The notes below the pieces were generated by a model that was not told the DNA's origin, did not search any database, and worked only from the letters and a program-made list of their open reading frames with translations. The translations under genes were made by a program, and so were the position numbers. From Felis catus (Eukaryota), in assembly GCF_018350175.1 (NCBI RefSeq), contig NC_058368.1:163372001-163436000 (forward strand): DNA of 64,000 bases, given 5' to 3'. This document shows, one piece after another, positions 14,201-26,980 of the stretch. Position 1 is the first letter of the stretch. The number at the start of each line of letters is the position of its first letter.

Positions 14201-15399
14201 CTGAGTCTATATATTTGATAAACTACCTTGCCGTGATTATAGGTCTCTGCCTCAACAGAGGAGAGCAATTTCTCAAGAGACAAGCTTGAGACCCTTGTGG
14301 AGTGGTCGTCCAGTTTTCATTTTGCTCAAGATTAGATTCTGATTGAATGCTGTTTTCAAGTTTCATCCAGTGTCTGGAAATACTTGTTTCTTCCATTATC
14401 AGACTACTCTCCAGAAGTCTTACCATTCAACTACTAGTACTCTTTACTGTCCTATGCTGTGATGTGCTTCTAAGACATTATTAGACTTTCTTATTTTACA
14501 TCTCTTTTAAAAAATAATTCTTTTAACTTTTCCACTGTTAACATCTTCACCATTACTAAAGCTTCAAGTACATACATATGACATTATAATGGAATATAAT
14601 GACATATAATGAAATATATCCCATTGTCTTCTGATACCTATCTAGTGAGTGAAGTTTCATCTCTGTATCTTTAAATCCATTAGGCTATAATTATGTCTTA
14701 CTAAAAGAGAACAGCGATCATGAAAGATCTCTTTAACAGGGACATCTTGGGTTCAATCCTCGATAAGTACAGAACATTAATAGCTAGGAGTCAAGTATTC
14801 ACCAGTGTACCTTGAAGAAAGAACGAACCTATAGCCCAATCCAATGAGGAAGACAGTAGTTTACTTTGGGATAAGAAAATTTTAAAAAGTAAATGAAGCT
14901 GGCTGGAAGGAAGACCTGTCAGGATTTTTGCATGAAGACAGTTGTGCAGGATAAGTGAATAAATGTAGATTAAAGCAACAGTTTCGGTATCAGGATAAAA
15001 ATGGCCTTGCTGTCTTTTCTGCAAACATAGAATCCTATTGAACTGACCTCTAGTCCAGACCTCAGAAAGAAGCAGATTGTCTTCAGTCTGATCAGGGGAT
15101 GCTTTATTACTAACAGTTGTGGAAGGATCTTGAAACAATGCATTATCAACTTTTTCATGGTCCTGTGGTACCCAGTCCAAGAATTTCATCTTAGCCAGAC
15201 CATGGTACTTATGTCTTACTAATATTTCTTTATTTAGTGATTACTCTGTTCTGTATCTACCTAGTACAGACCCTTCTTAATCAGAATTTCTGTTCCCACT
15301 TTGAGAATATTCCTATTTTGTGCAATATCTTTAAAATACCATTTCAATTCTAATTCCCTTTTTTCACCACGTCTTTACTCATTTCACATTCTCATGTTT

Positions 15400-15557
15400 G
15401 GGCTTGGTGGGTGCCCAGTGGGTTAAGCGTCTGACTTTGGCTCAGGTCATGATTTCATGGTTCGTGAGTTCAAGCCCTGCGTTGGGCTCTCTTCTGACAG
15501 CTCAGAGCCTGGAGCCTGCTTCAGATTCTATGTCTCCCTTTCTCTCTGCCCCTCCCC

Positions 15558-15592
<35 letters not shown>

Positions 15593-15609
15593 AAATAAAC
15601 ATTAAAAAA
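15400..15609 (+). mobile_element. CAN-SINE
   Basis: ggttaagcgtctgactttggctcaggtcatg..., (CT)n, aataaataaa tail; attctcat flanks. Confidence 0.92.
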
Positions 15610-17129
15610 TATTCTCATCTCCTTTCCCCTTTTCTATAACTTTGTTAATAGTAGAAGAAATTTTATGTGGTCTAGTTTCTACAGTTAAAGAAATTCCATA
15701 CCTATGACTATGAAATTATATTTGTTAAAATAAAATATTCATGTGTTGAAGATTTTTGGGATCTACCAATGAAAAGAATGATAATAATAATAACTAACAT
15801 GTATTGGATATTTACTGTGATCCGCAAAGACTGTGTATGTTCTTTACATAGATTATCTTATTTATAGACTGTGGTTTTTTAGTGGTATCAGTATTGATTA
15901 TGAATACTAAATCTACCAAGTATTAAAATTGATAACCTTCCAGATCCTACTCATTGTAGACAAAGGAACTCAAAGAGCACCTGGCTGCAACTTTCGATCT
16001 TATAAGGCACTATGGTCAAGTAACTGTGTGTGATTAAAATACACAGAATAATTTCAGACTTTCCACCCAACATGTCCACTGTGCAAACATGTACAATATT
16101 TATATGGAAATATAAATTGGGGAAGTTGTTCACTTCCTAGTCTAGCTTTCTTTCAAATTCACTCCTATAATTTCAGGCTATTTTAGTTATTTGACTCATT
16201 ACTGTTCCTATCTATTTTTAAGCTATGGAATTCCATTTCTCTGGTCTTCTGCCCTACATTAACTTTCCCATCAATTTCCTCCTCTCTTTTCTCTCCTGTT
16301 TACTTTCATTCTAGTCACAGAATCAGCCTTTCCGAGGAGCTTTTTCAGCTAGTTTATGATGTTGACATTCTGAGTTCATTTTCTATACATTTCTTAATCA
16401 TCTCAGTCCTTATTTTGCTTTTTTTGTTTTATGTGGTAAAATATTAGCAGAGGCACTGATGTGTTTTTTAATGATAACCTTTTAAGTTGTCATCCATTTT
16501 TATGATGATGCATGTCAGAGACAGATTCATATATAGCCTAGTGAATTGAAATGAATTAATTCTTACGAAGCTTCGTATCCTGTCGCTGAAGTACTGTGTC
16601 ACAATAGAAGGGCAAAGTCAGAGCACACTGGAAACCATCAGTGAAATATGCAAAACTAGGAGAAGTTTCTGAGTTCACCAGAAGTAAGATCAGAGTAGAG
16701 GTTATGGAAATAAGAATGCATCACTATGGCAAGGATCACAGTGGGAGTTAGAAGGTCATAATCTCCGCACCAAACACTAGGCTGAAATATGCTTCTCTCC
16801 AGAGCTACCACTTGCTGTAGGAATATCAGTGGGTCCAGGAGCCCTCCAGGCCCCCAGACCACCTTGTTTGAAGGAGTTTAAGTTGCTCCCTCGGGGACCT
16901 CTCACTGTGTGTGTACGCAAGCACACGGGCTCTTCAGATTAAACTGTAAAAAGTAGCATGAGAAGAGATTACAACCATTTACAATAATAAAATTTGACTT
17001 TGAAATGATATATATGTAGCAGTTGACTGTAATAATGTCTAAAATGTATATAAGTAATGCTTTATAAGTATTTTCCTCACTTGGAGATAACTTCTACAAT
17101 TTTATTCAACTTAAAATATCATTGTTAAT

Positions 17130-17332
17130 GGGTGCTTGGGTGGCTCACTCAGTTGAGCATCCACTCTTGGTTTCAGCTCAGGTCATGATCTCACAGTTTC
17201 ATGAGTTCAAGCCCCATGTCAAGCTCTGTGCTGGCAGCACAGAGCCTGCTAGGGATTCTTTCCCCCTCTTTCCCTCTCTCTCTCTCTGCTCCTACCCCAC
17301 TCACGCTGTCTCTGTCTCACTCAAAAAGAAAC
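17130..17332 (+). mobile_element. CAN-SINE
   Basis: TSD cttaaaatatcattgttaa at 17110-17128 and 17333-17351. Confidence 0.93.
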
Positions 17333-17383
17333 CTTAAAATATCATTGTTAAAATGTGTATCCATTATTAAGTAACAGGATTCC

Positions 17384-17585
17384 TTTTTTTCTTTTATGCT
17401 TATTTGTTTATTTAGAGAGAGAGAAAGTATGAGGGGAAGGGCAGAGAGAGAGGGAGACAGAATCCCAAGCAGGCGCCACAATGTCAGAGGCCCCAACGTG
17501 GGGCCTGATCTTACCAACCGTAAGATCATGACCTGAGCTGAAATCAAGAGTTGTCACTTAACTCACTGAGCCACCCAAATGCCCC
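17384..17585 (-). mobile_element. CAN-SINE
   Basis: Reverse-complement SINEC; taagtaacag flanks both sides. Confidence 0.9.
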
Positions 17586-18799
17586 TAAGTAACAGAGTTT
17601 CTTAAAGTAACACAGAATTATAACTCTATTACCCCATGATTAAATAATGATGATAATCCAGAGTGTTCTGTTTAATTTAAAACATACTGTCTACATGCTT
17701 ACACACATACCCGTGCACACACACAGCATAGTTTTTATAAATGCCCTGTTTCTTGCTGATTCAGTGGATCGCATTGACCAGATAAATTTGATGTAAATAA
17801 ATTCCTTCAGCAGTGACTCAGAAATTCTATCTAGTGTGGTTTTTAAGTGTTTATCTTGTAACTAACTTTAATTCTATATATTGTTATTTCTTGAGCTTTT
17901 TGTAAAATAGGCAAGATTTTTACTTTGGATTTTTATATGTATATTCACCAACCCTCTACCCATATAAGATTCACATTATATAGGGGAAAAAAAAAAAACG
18001 TAGAGCCTTAAAATTCAATCTTTCCTAAAGTCATTATGATATGTGAGTCAGAAGATCAGATGTTTTTCTTAAGAATGTGTTGATCATCTCATATTACTAC
18101 TTGAGTTTTTAGCTGATTTGCTATGATTGTGTGGTATCCTTGACCTTTTTATAGGATATGGCATGTGGTTGATAAACATGAGTTAAAAGGAAAACCTGTA
18201 CTGTGTCTTTGTAGTGGAGTGAGTGGTGAGACTGTGACTCACTCTTAAAACTCTAAAGTGAAGTAAATATACAACAATTACATAGCAATGGCTCTTATTT
18301 AATTTGGAGAAAACTTTTATAAGTCTGGGTATTAAAAAAAAGTCCTCAAATTAAAATTTGACATGTATAGACTAACATAAGTTTTTGACTTATTTTTGAG
18401 CTTTTCTCTGAGTAAAAATCCTCTCCATTTAGACAATTCTAGTAAAGAACATTATCTAAAGGAAGACACACTGTCCCTGGCATTAGCTGGCATGTTACTA
18501 TTATGAGTAACATTCCTGCTACTCTGAATTTGATGACATTTCAGCCTTAATGATGAATTTCCTTAATAGTTCCTGAAATGTGTTTATTTATTTATTAGTT
18601 GTTCCTGATTTTCTTTAAGTCATGGTAAAGAATATGAGCCAAGTTGGATATCAAAATGTGACTCACTTGGTTCTTTTAATGCAAAAATGTAATGTAAAAC
18701 CAAGAAGCAATTCTCCTTGCACACTGGCTCTTTTGTTTGGATGGACATCATATGGGGAAAAACTCTCTCCTGATATGTTGTTAATTAAAAAAATTTACA

Positions 18800-19250
18800 A
18801 AGCCTAACATTCAGTAATTAGTCATCTATAAGTGCCAGGTACTGTGCTGGGTGAACACCTATATGATCCTGTCACTTCATTCCTTAAAATCTTCCAGTGG
18901 CATCTCTCAGACAGAGAATAATAAAACTTTTAACACACTCTGCATGGCCTACACAATCTCTAGCCCCGTGACCACGCCATCCTTCCTGGACCACAGTGGA
19001 TAAAATTGCTATGCGCTCTCACATTATCCTGTTGAGTTTACTGTGACATTATTTTGTTTATATATTTGGTGTTTTGTTTTTCTGTATCTCTCCTACCTAC
19101 CTCATTTCCTTATCCCTCCATTTGCATTAGAGCGTAAGTACCGCGAGAGCGGGAAACTTGAATATATTATTTTTCACTACATCCCCCATGTATAGAATAG
19201 TGTCTTAATATAGCAAGTACTCAATAAATATTAACTGAATGAAAGGATGA
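18800..19250. mobile_element. L2 relic(s)
   Basis: gatcctgtcacttcattccttaaaatcttccagtggc...aagtactcaataaatattaactgaatgaa L2 3' end text; boundaries approximate. Confidence 0.65.
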
Positions 19251-19528
19251 TTATTGTCTCTCAAAATAACCTTATAAGATGGGTATGTTTTTTATACATA
19301 CGAGAAATGTTTCCTAAAATTGACTAAGCTAAATTAGTGAGTCTCTGGAGTTTGGAAATCATTTGGCATGAATGCATGGTATACTTCCAGCCATTCTCTT
19401 TTGATCATGTAGATGTTTACATAATTCTGGGTGAAGTCCTTGGCTAATCATAATGAAAGTAGTACAAACTAGGCATATTTACTATAGCTCATGTAGTTCA
19501 TTTAGGAAAACTTAGTCTCAAAAATAGT

Positions 19529-19554
19529 CTTTTGTAATGTTTAATTTTAATTTT

Positions 19555-19585
<31 letters not shown>

Positions 19586-19750
19586 CGAGCGCATGAGGGG
19601 AGGGGCAGAGAGAGAGAGGGGGACAGAGGATCCAAAGTGGGCTCTTCACTGACAGCAGAGAGCCTGATGCGGGTGCTAACTCACAAACCGTGAGATCATG
19701 AGCTGAGCCAAAGTCGGACACTTAACTGACTGAGCCACCCAGGTGCCCCC
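19529..19750 (-). mobile_element. CAN-SINE with (GA)n
   Basis: Ends ...gagccacccaggtgccccc. Confidence 0.92.
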
Positions 19751-19866
19751 AAAATAATTTTTTTAGGACCTTAAAAAACAATACTTAATTATCCTTTCTA
19801 TATTTAAAAGCATGGACAAAAATTAAGATAAACCTGTGTTGTTATTTGTTATTATTTTCTCATCTC

Positions 19867-20057
19867 TTTAAATGTTTATTTATTTGTTTTGAGAGGAGGG
19901 AAGGGGAAAAGAGAGAGGGAGCAAGAGAGAATCCCAAGCAGACTCTGTACTGTCATCACAGAATCTGATGCTGGGCTCAATCTCACAAACTGTGGGATCA
20001 TGACCTGAGCCAAAATCAAAGAGTTGGACACTCTACTGACTTAGCCACCCAGGTGCC
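19867..20057 (-). mobile_element. CAN-SINE
   Basis: Reverse-complement SINEC; ctcatctc flanks. Confidence 0.88.
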
Positions 20058-20594
20058 TCATCTCCCCATCTCTTTAAAACTCACTTGAAATTAAAAAAAA
20101 AAAACAACAACAAAAAACCTCACTAATATTATTATGAAAATATCACCACATTGGAATTTGATGTAGGAGATTAGATAAAGATCCCTTTGTAAAGTGACAA
20201 AAAAAAAAAACTGATTAAATAGAAAATGTTTATCTTTGAATTTATTCCTGCACTATCTTTGTTAAAATCAATCTTAATACTATATCGAGAAATTTCCTTT
20301 GTGTTTTATGGCCAAAGTATTAAATAATGATTTGTTATACTTTCTGAATTTTATATCTGGTAAATCAAAATGCGTATCTTGTTAGTTAGGTTACCTATTT
20401 TTGTATATTGCTGTATGAAGCTACCTTTGTTTTTCTCATAAGAATTACAGCTGAAAGAAGGAAATTCCCATAAACTATTCTATCTGCTGTTACTTGTTAG
20501 CATACTTCGCTTCTTAATTTCACGTATAAATCTGTCAATCTTGCACACACACAGTAGTTATTTATATTAAATCAACTCAAAATTGAGATATAAT

Positions 20595-20802
20595 GGGGCG
20601 CCTGGGTGGCGCAGTCGGTTAAGCGTCCGACTTCAGCCAGGTCACGATCTCGCGGTCCGTGAGTTTGAGCCCCGCGTCGGGCTCTGGGCTGATGGCTCAG
20701 AGCCTGGAGTCTGTTTCCGATTCTGTGTCTCCCTCTCTCTCTGCCCCTCCCCCGTTCGTGCTCTGTCTCTCTCTGTCTGAAAAATAAATAAACGTTGAAA
20801 AA

Positions 20803-20840
<38 letters not shown>
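20595..20840 (+). mobile_element. Very young feline CAN-SINE with long poly(A)
   Basis: CpG-rich intact head; A-run 20812-20844; perfect TSD aaaattgagatataat at 20579-20594 and 20841-20856. Confidence 0.97.
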
Positions 20841-20848
<8 letters not shown>

Positions 20849-21677
20849 GATATAATGTGTTATAAATACTTAGAATAAAATGTGAAGTAAAAAGAATTTA
20901 GCATATACAGAAATAGAAGGAATGAGTAAGTATGAGTTACTACTCATGGTCTCTGTGGTGACAGATCAGCAAGTTCAACAGAGATAAAAATTAGGATGGG
21001 TCATTTAAATTTTTACCTTCTTTCTACTTCAGGAAGGCAAAGGCATAAGGAAAAGGATTTGTCAGAGGTCTCTAAAGGGTCCTTGACAAAAATAAAGAGA
21101 TCGTTAGAGGCTTGCCACTGCAGTTGGGGTGCAAATTAGCATCAGGTCTCTATTTAGGAGGGAAGAATGGGCAAGGCATAGAAGGTAAACAAAGTGATTC
21201 CTATTCATATATCAAAAACATTGCAGACTCTAATCATGGTTGCATCTTGAAAGCTCAAAGTATGGACTGCTACAATTTTTTAAAAGGAGAGAAACTAGTT
21301 GTCTGGAGCCACCGTGGAGCAAACCATCCAGTTAATCAACTTTTCTGGATGTTTCATCGAGGTCGCTCATTCATAATGAGCAGCAGCAACTTTCTTCTCT
21401 AAGCTTTGACTAGTATCTTGAACGTCTGCAGGAAAGCAGTTGACTTAGCAGTTTGCGGTGTCAAGAAAACACCACAGACTTTTATTGTCATGATGCATTG
21501 GAGATTAAATATATTCATGAATATGAAAGTACTCTGCAAACTATAAAGCACCATTGAGATAAAACATAGTTGGGTGTTTTTAGTGTTGAGTTATAATCGT
21601 TTAAAATTTATTAGTTTGAAATTCGATTTTCACATTTTCATATTTAAGATGTGTATTGTGTGTGTGTGTATTTTCAG

Positions 21678-21726
21678 ATAATCACAAAGACTGTTCTGGT
21701 GTGTCCTTGCACCTCACCCGCCTGCC
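21678..21726 (+). CDS. PAM: PAM coding exon 1 of 9 in window (PHM domain; (D)NHKDCSGVSLHLTRL(P))
   Basis: Acceptor ttttcag|AT and donor CC|gtaagt; 49 nt; translation matches mammalian PAM DNxKDCSGVSLHLTRLP. Confidence 0.96.
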
Positions 21727-22418
21727 GTAAGTACTTCCAGTTACCCCAGCTCAGTGACAGCTTTAAGATCTTTGAGAACTTAAAAGTGGGAAATCCACTG
21801 GATTCATTGTCTATTGCTGTATAACAAATTACTCTAAATTTAGTGGCTAAAACAACAAATATTCTGGGCACAAGCTTAGCTGGGGGCTGTGGCTAGTGGT
21901 CTCATACAAAGGCTGTGATCAAAGGCTCAGCCAGGGTTTCAGTCATTGGGAGCGAGGAGTGGGGAGGGGTCCCCTGAGGTGGAGCCATGTCCGGGATTAC
22001 TCACATGGCTGTTGACAGGATTCAATTCCTTGCTGGCTGTGGGCTGGAGGACTCCCTCATTTCTTGCCTTGTGGGCTCTAAACAAGACAGCTCACAATAT
22101 GGCACCTGGTTACCATCACACCCAGCAACAGAAAGCAAGAAAGGGCGTGTAAGATAGAAACCACAGCCTTTTTGCAGCCTAATATCGGAAGTTACTGAAT
22201 AATATAGAAGTCTGATAGGTGAAGAAAAGAGTTGCCACAAATCTTTATACTCTGACTCCTATGGAAAAAAAAAGTGAAATTGCATTTGCCTTATTCTGCT
22301 TGTTAGAAATAACAAATGCCTAAGTCTAGTTACTATGCTCAATCCATGCTTAAGGGAAGAGGATTCGACAAGGGCATGAGTGTCAGAGCTAAGATATGGA
22401 GAGCTAGCTATTGGGAGC

Positions 22419-22483
22419 TTTATTATAAGCCAGGATTCTCCAGAGAAATCAAACCAGTAGAAAGCACACGCACATGCATGCGT

Positions 22484-22537
<54 letters not shown>

Positions 22538-22889
22538 GTATAGAGAAAGCCAGATTTACTTCAAGGAATTGGCTTACATGATTGTGGGGGCTGGCAAGTC
22601 TGTGATCTGCAAGGCAGGCTGGAAATTCTGGCAGGAGTCAGCATGCAGACTCGAGGCAGACTCCAGTGCAATCTGGAAGCAGAATTCCTTCCTCTTCCTG
22701 GGACCTCAGTCTTTTCTCTTAAGAGACCTACCCACAGGGTGAATGGTACTCTGATTTACTCAAAGTCGATAATTAACATGTTAGTTACATCTAAAAAATA
22801 CCTTCACAGCTACATCTAGACCAACATTTGACCAAGCAACTGGGCTATCACTTGCTTCACCAAGTTAACACATAGGATTAACCATCACA
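22419..22889. mobile_element. Nested MaLR/ERVL-type (MLT) solo LTR containing a (CA)n microsatellite
   Basis: caggattctccagagaaa...aaggaattggcttacatgattgtgggggctggcaagtct...attaaccatcaca; 5-bp TSD ggagc at 22414-22418 and 22890-22894. Confidence 0.8.
22487..22534. repeat. (CA)n microsatellite
   Basis: About 24 CA units. Confidence 0.97.
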
Positions 22890-23132
22890 GGAGCCATTTA
22901 GAGACTGCTTTCCAAGTGCACCATGCCATAAAAATGTGTTTTTAATTCCTTGCCCAGGAAATTAAGTTATTTTAAGAAAAACATCTATTCTACCTCTTTT
23001 TCCATATTGTTTTGTTTTAGTTTTCACGGGAATCTTATATTATAGACTGGTGTACTGAAGTATATCTTGTTTTTCTAAGGCCATAGTTTTGATGTTTCAA
23101 ATAGTTAAGATAAATATTATTGTTTCCCGCAG

Positions 23133-23200
23133 ACAGCCATTAATTGCTGGCATGTACCTTATGATGTCTGTTGACACTGTTATTCCACCAGGAGAGAAAG
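23133..23200 (+). CDS. PAM: PAM coding exon 2 of 9 (QPLIAGMYLMMSVDTVIPPGEK)
   Basis: tttcccgcag|A ... AAAG|gtaatt; 68 nt; phase continuous with neighbours. Confidence 0.97.
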
Positions 23201-24321
23201 GTAATTATTTTTTTCAGATTTACGATGATCTCATTACTTAATATATAGAAATGCATTTACAGAATGTTTTTAATAAAATTTTGAAATGACCAATATCTCT
23301 GAAAACTAAACCAATTCTTATTATTATCCTTAGATTTAAAATAGATTTTTGTATTATTCTAAGCCAGTAGTTTATTATCATCCATTCTTTTATTGAGATG
23401 CTAAGAATTAAGGTCCATGGGTAGGTAGTAAGTTATGTAAATGAAAGAATAAATCCTGAGTATTTTACAAATCAGTCTTCCATTCTTTAATGGAATGGAA
23501 TTGGAAACAAACCTCATAGCATACTGTGACATAAACTGCTACAGAGAATATCAGGTTCAAAATCAAGAAGTTAGCAAATCTTGATTTGACTCAATCTTCG
23601 AATTCAGATATACTGAGCTTAATTCTCTGTTTGTAAAATGGGGATAATAATAGCTGATTCTCCTAAACTTACTAAAAGCTTTTGGAATAAGTGTAATATT
23701 ATTTATCAATGTATCTGATCTTCTGATGAAAATGCCCTGTTAAATATTATTCATTTGTTTTTACTGGGAATCTTTTAAAGCTAATGACAAGTATGGTATC
23801 ATTGTTACTGCTTACTTATTATCAAAGACATATTTATTGAATAACTACAGTGTTTTAAACTGAAGGGAAAGAGATGTATATGAAATGGTTCCTTCTCAAC
23901 AGGAGCTGTCAATCTAATTACCTTAGGTGTTTGCAATTTTTCAAAAATCCTTATTTTCTAGGAATTAAAAACAATTTTTAAGCTTTTTCAACTGCATAAA
24001 TTTCATGGTAAAAGTAACAGATTAAGCCTATGTTTTTCCTGACGGTATGTCTTGATTTGGTCGTAGACATTTTGTTTGTGAAGGAAATTAAATGTGAGGG
24101 CAAGAGGTTATTGCAAGAGGGTAAGAGGTCATCTTAGTAAATTGGCTGGCACATAATAAGCATGTAATATCCACTGAGTACATGAATGCATGTCCACTTT
24201 ATAGGAAAATCCCTATACCTAGCATCTTGTACATACTGCTACCTATACATACTTTTAGACAAGAATAATGTTGTTTTCCAGCTGGATAGTGACCTGTTTT
24301 CTGTGTTTTCATTTCTAACAG

Positions 24322-24402
24322 TGGTGAATTCGGATATTTCATGCCATTACAAAAAGTATCCAATGCATGTCTTTGCCTATAGAGTTCACACTCACCATTT
24401 AG
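24322..24402 (+). CDS. PAM: PAM coding exon 3 of 9 (VVNSDISCHYKKYPMHVFAYRVHTHHLG; CuM His ligands)
   Basis: tttctaacag|TG ... TTAG|gtaaga; 81 nt; contains the HTH copper-binding motif; overlaps ORF 24186..24422. Confidence 0.98.
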
Positions 24403-24685
24403 GTAAGAACTTTATAGGTTAAATTATAAATATTTACCATTGTGCTTGCTAAAGCTATAAATGTACAATGTAAATTATATTTGACCTTAAGTCTGTTTCT
24501 GTGAAAGATGTTGTTGCATAATACCTTGAAATTCTATATGTTTTTTCATATCTTTTCATTAAAATACCTAGCGTTTGGGGTTCTGACAATATTCAGATTT
24601 TATTTTGAAAAAGGAAAGCAAATAATGCCTTTTATTTTTCTAATACTTTATGATATTATATGATTCTAATTTATGTTCATTACAG

Positions 24686-24762
24686 GCAAGGTTGTGAGTG
24701 GGTATAGAGTAAGAAATGGACAGTGGACACTGATTGGACGCCAGAGCCCCCAGCTGCCACAG
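24686..24762 (+). CDS. PAM: PAM coding exon 4 of 9 (GKVVSGYRVRNGQWTLIGRQSPQLPQ)
   Basis: cattacag|GC ... CAG|gtgtgt; 77 nt. Confidence 0.97.
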
Positions 24763-25079
24763 GTGTGTAGAAACTAGTTTAATTTTGAGAGAAAAAATGT
24801 TAATCAGCAGATAATAATTTTAGAAACCCTCATAGAATCCTTGTGAATGTCTCTAGAATCCTAGCGTCTCTAAATCTACCATTGTTCTGTATCTAAGCTG
24901 TGTGTAACTGCCTTTTTTACAACTTCCAACTTGATGGTTTCTCTTAACATTTCTAAACAGACCTGCACGTGTGTGTCTTCATCCTTTCTACCCAGGGCGT
25001 GCCAAGCCTCACATTATTAAAGCATGCAGTTCTGGGGTTTATTGGTAATATTAATGAATTGTGTTTATCTTCTTGGCAG

Positions 25080-25183
25080 GCTTTCTATCCTGTGGAACAC
25101 CCAGTGGATGTTAGTTTTGGTGACATATTGGCAGCAAGATGTGTATTCACTGGCGAAGGAAGGACAGAAGCCACGCACATTGG
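25080..25183 (+). CDS. PAM: PAM coding exon 5 of 9 (AFYPVEHPVDVSFGDILAARCVFTGEGRTEATHIG)
   Basis: tcttggcag|GC ... TTGG|gtatgg; 104 nt; overlaps ORF 24969..25211. Confidence 0.98.
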
Positions 25184-26783
25184 GTATGGTTTTGCAAATT
25201 TCGCTATTTAAAAGTATTTCATTGGGGCAAGGCATGATTATAAGTGACATTTATCTTTGTGACTGAATCACAGACTTTCTCCTATCATGAGCAATTACAA
25301 TAAAGTATATATAGCCTTTTCTCATTTTAGAACTGAGTGATGAGGATAAACTCCAGAACATGTGCCTATTTTTTTATGCTTGCCTTCCTCCTTTTTATTC
25401 AAAGCCTTCCATATCACACCTCCATATATTATACTTGTCGCAAGAGTGTATATTACTTCCTCAGGCTCATTTAATAAAGAAAAACATAATGGAAAATGAA
25501 ATTTCTTTCTCAAGTGTCCTTTTGCCCTATGTTCAAATTTAGGTAAATATATAGCTTCCACATTTGGTGGTGTCCATTAATTACTCAGAACTGTGATTTT
25601 TTCTGCCTGTTAAAACTTCTATGTATTCATTGTTTTCCAGTTGTTTAGTCAACCAAATGAGAATAATAATATGTAGCACTTTTCTAAAAGAGAACATTGA
25701 ACTTTAAACAGTTTTTAAATATTGAGTCTCTTTGAAAGAAGTATATTTTTTATAACACTAACTAAAATTTTCAAAGCACTATAAACTCTTTCAAAAAAGG
25801 TTTGCCTAAATTAAAAATGAAAGATAAAGGCCCTTATCATAGTTTTTTGTTGTTTTGGCCAGAAAAGAACCAAGGAGCCTTCTTTCCATGTTAAACTAGG
25901 TTATAAAATATTTACTGATGCCACCTGGAAGCTGGAATTTTAAACTTCTTGTCTTTGATCAAAGAGAAGTTATAGAAAGTAGGCACCTGAAAATATGCAC
26001 TAGATGTACTAACGATGATTCTTACAATGACAACACCAGCTATTGGTCGTCAGGGGAAAGGGAAAAGATGCTGAAGCAAGTAAAAGGAAAAAAAAGGCGT
26101 TTGAGACAGTGGAATAGGATTTTTTATTTCTCTCTAAGATGATTTTTATATTAATAAACATCCATTTTAAGGCTAAAGATAGAACAAACAAAAAAATTAT
26201 CGTTATATTAAACAAGAAGTTTCTAAGAGTTTTGCTTTTGAATAAATTTTTTAAGTCTGGGAGTCTTGAGGAAAACAGCAAAATTACTGAGTCGCATGAA
26301 TGGTAAGTAAGAAAAGGCTTGACAAAGTAGACAAAATTAGATTTGAAGGAAAGAATTAGGCATTTACTTCTCACGTGAAGTAATAGGAGTCACAGGGTAT
26401 TGATCAGCTATTTTCCACTCTATGTTAGCGTAGACCTCCACAGCCTTACTTAAGTACCATTGGTGATTTTATTAACCTTTGAAATAGGTAAACAAAGTAA
26501 GAAAAAAATCCCTTTCAGCACGTTCTGTGTATTAGTGTACAAGTGTGGAATAGGTAGAAATTTTTGCTGAGAGCCCCCTTAGCAATTTGGAAGGACTTAT
26601 ACCTTTGACCAAATTATATCCTTTGAGTGTCCTCTGTGAGGCAGTATCCAACATAAAAATTAGTAACCTGTTAATAGTGCCAAAATGAGAGGCCAAAGTT
26701 ATCTCAGGAAGACTGTTTCATTTTTTGGAGTTCAGAACTAATTCCAAATAATTCTAGTCTTTTTAAAAATATGCATTTTGCTT

Positions 26784-26980
26784 GGGGCACCTGGGTTGCT
26801 CAGTCAGTTGAGTGTCCAATTCTTGATTTCAGCTCAGGTCATGATCTCACGGTCATAGGATTGAGCACTGCATCAGGCTCCATGCTGGGCGTTGAGCCTG
26901 CTTGAGATCTCTCTCTCTTGCATGTGCACTCACACTTTCTCTCTGTCTAAATAAATATGTAAATAAATAATAAAATAATA
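26784..26980 (+). mobile_element. CAN-SINE
   Basis: ggggcacctgggttgctcagtcagttgag..., aataaa-rich tail. Confidence 0.9.

Larger units (their letters stand above)
21805..22916. mobile_element. MaLR (MLT1-type) solo LTR, interrupted by a second LTR
   Basis: ctattgctgtataacaaattactctaaatttagtggctaaaacaaca start; resumes after 22894 with catttagagactgcttt. Confidence 0.7.

Noticed and set aside
14791..15189. 132-aa minus-strand ORF considered as a retrogene fragment
   Set aside because: No family recognised and no poly(A)/TSD; a BLASTX search would settle it
16564..16577. Perfect 14-bp palindrome TACGAAGCTTCGTA
   Set aside because: Several palindromes of this length are expected by chance in 64 kb
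20583..20780. Recurring similar ORFs (GAPGWRSRLSVRLQPGHDL..., AQSVKCPT...) here and at 28390, 29317, 59787 and elsewhere
   Set aside because: Translations of CAN-SINE copies, not a gene family
1..21677. Search for the preceding PAM exon (GVGFRVGGETGSKYFVLQVHYGD)
   Set aside because: Not found; gtgttggatt at 8531 does not continue the coding sequence, so the exon is presumably upstream of the window
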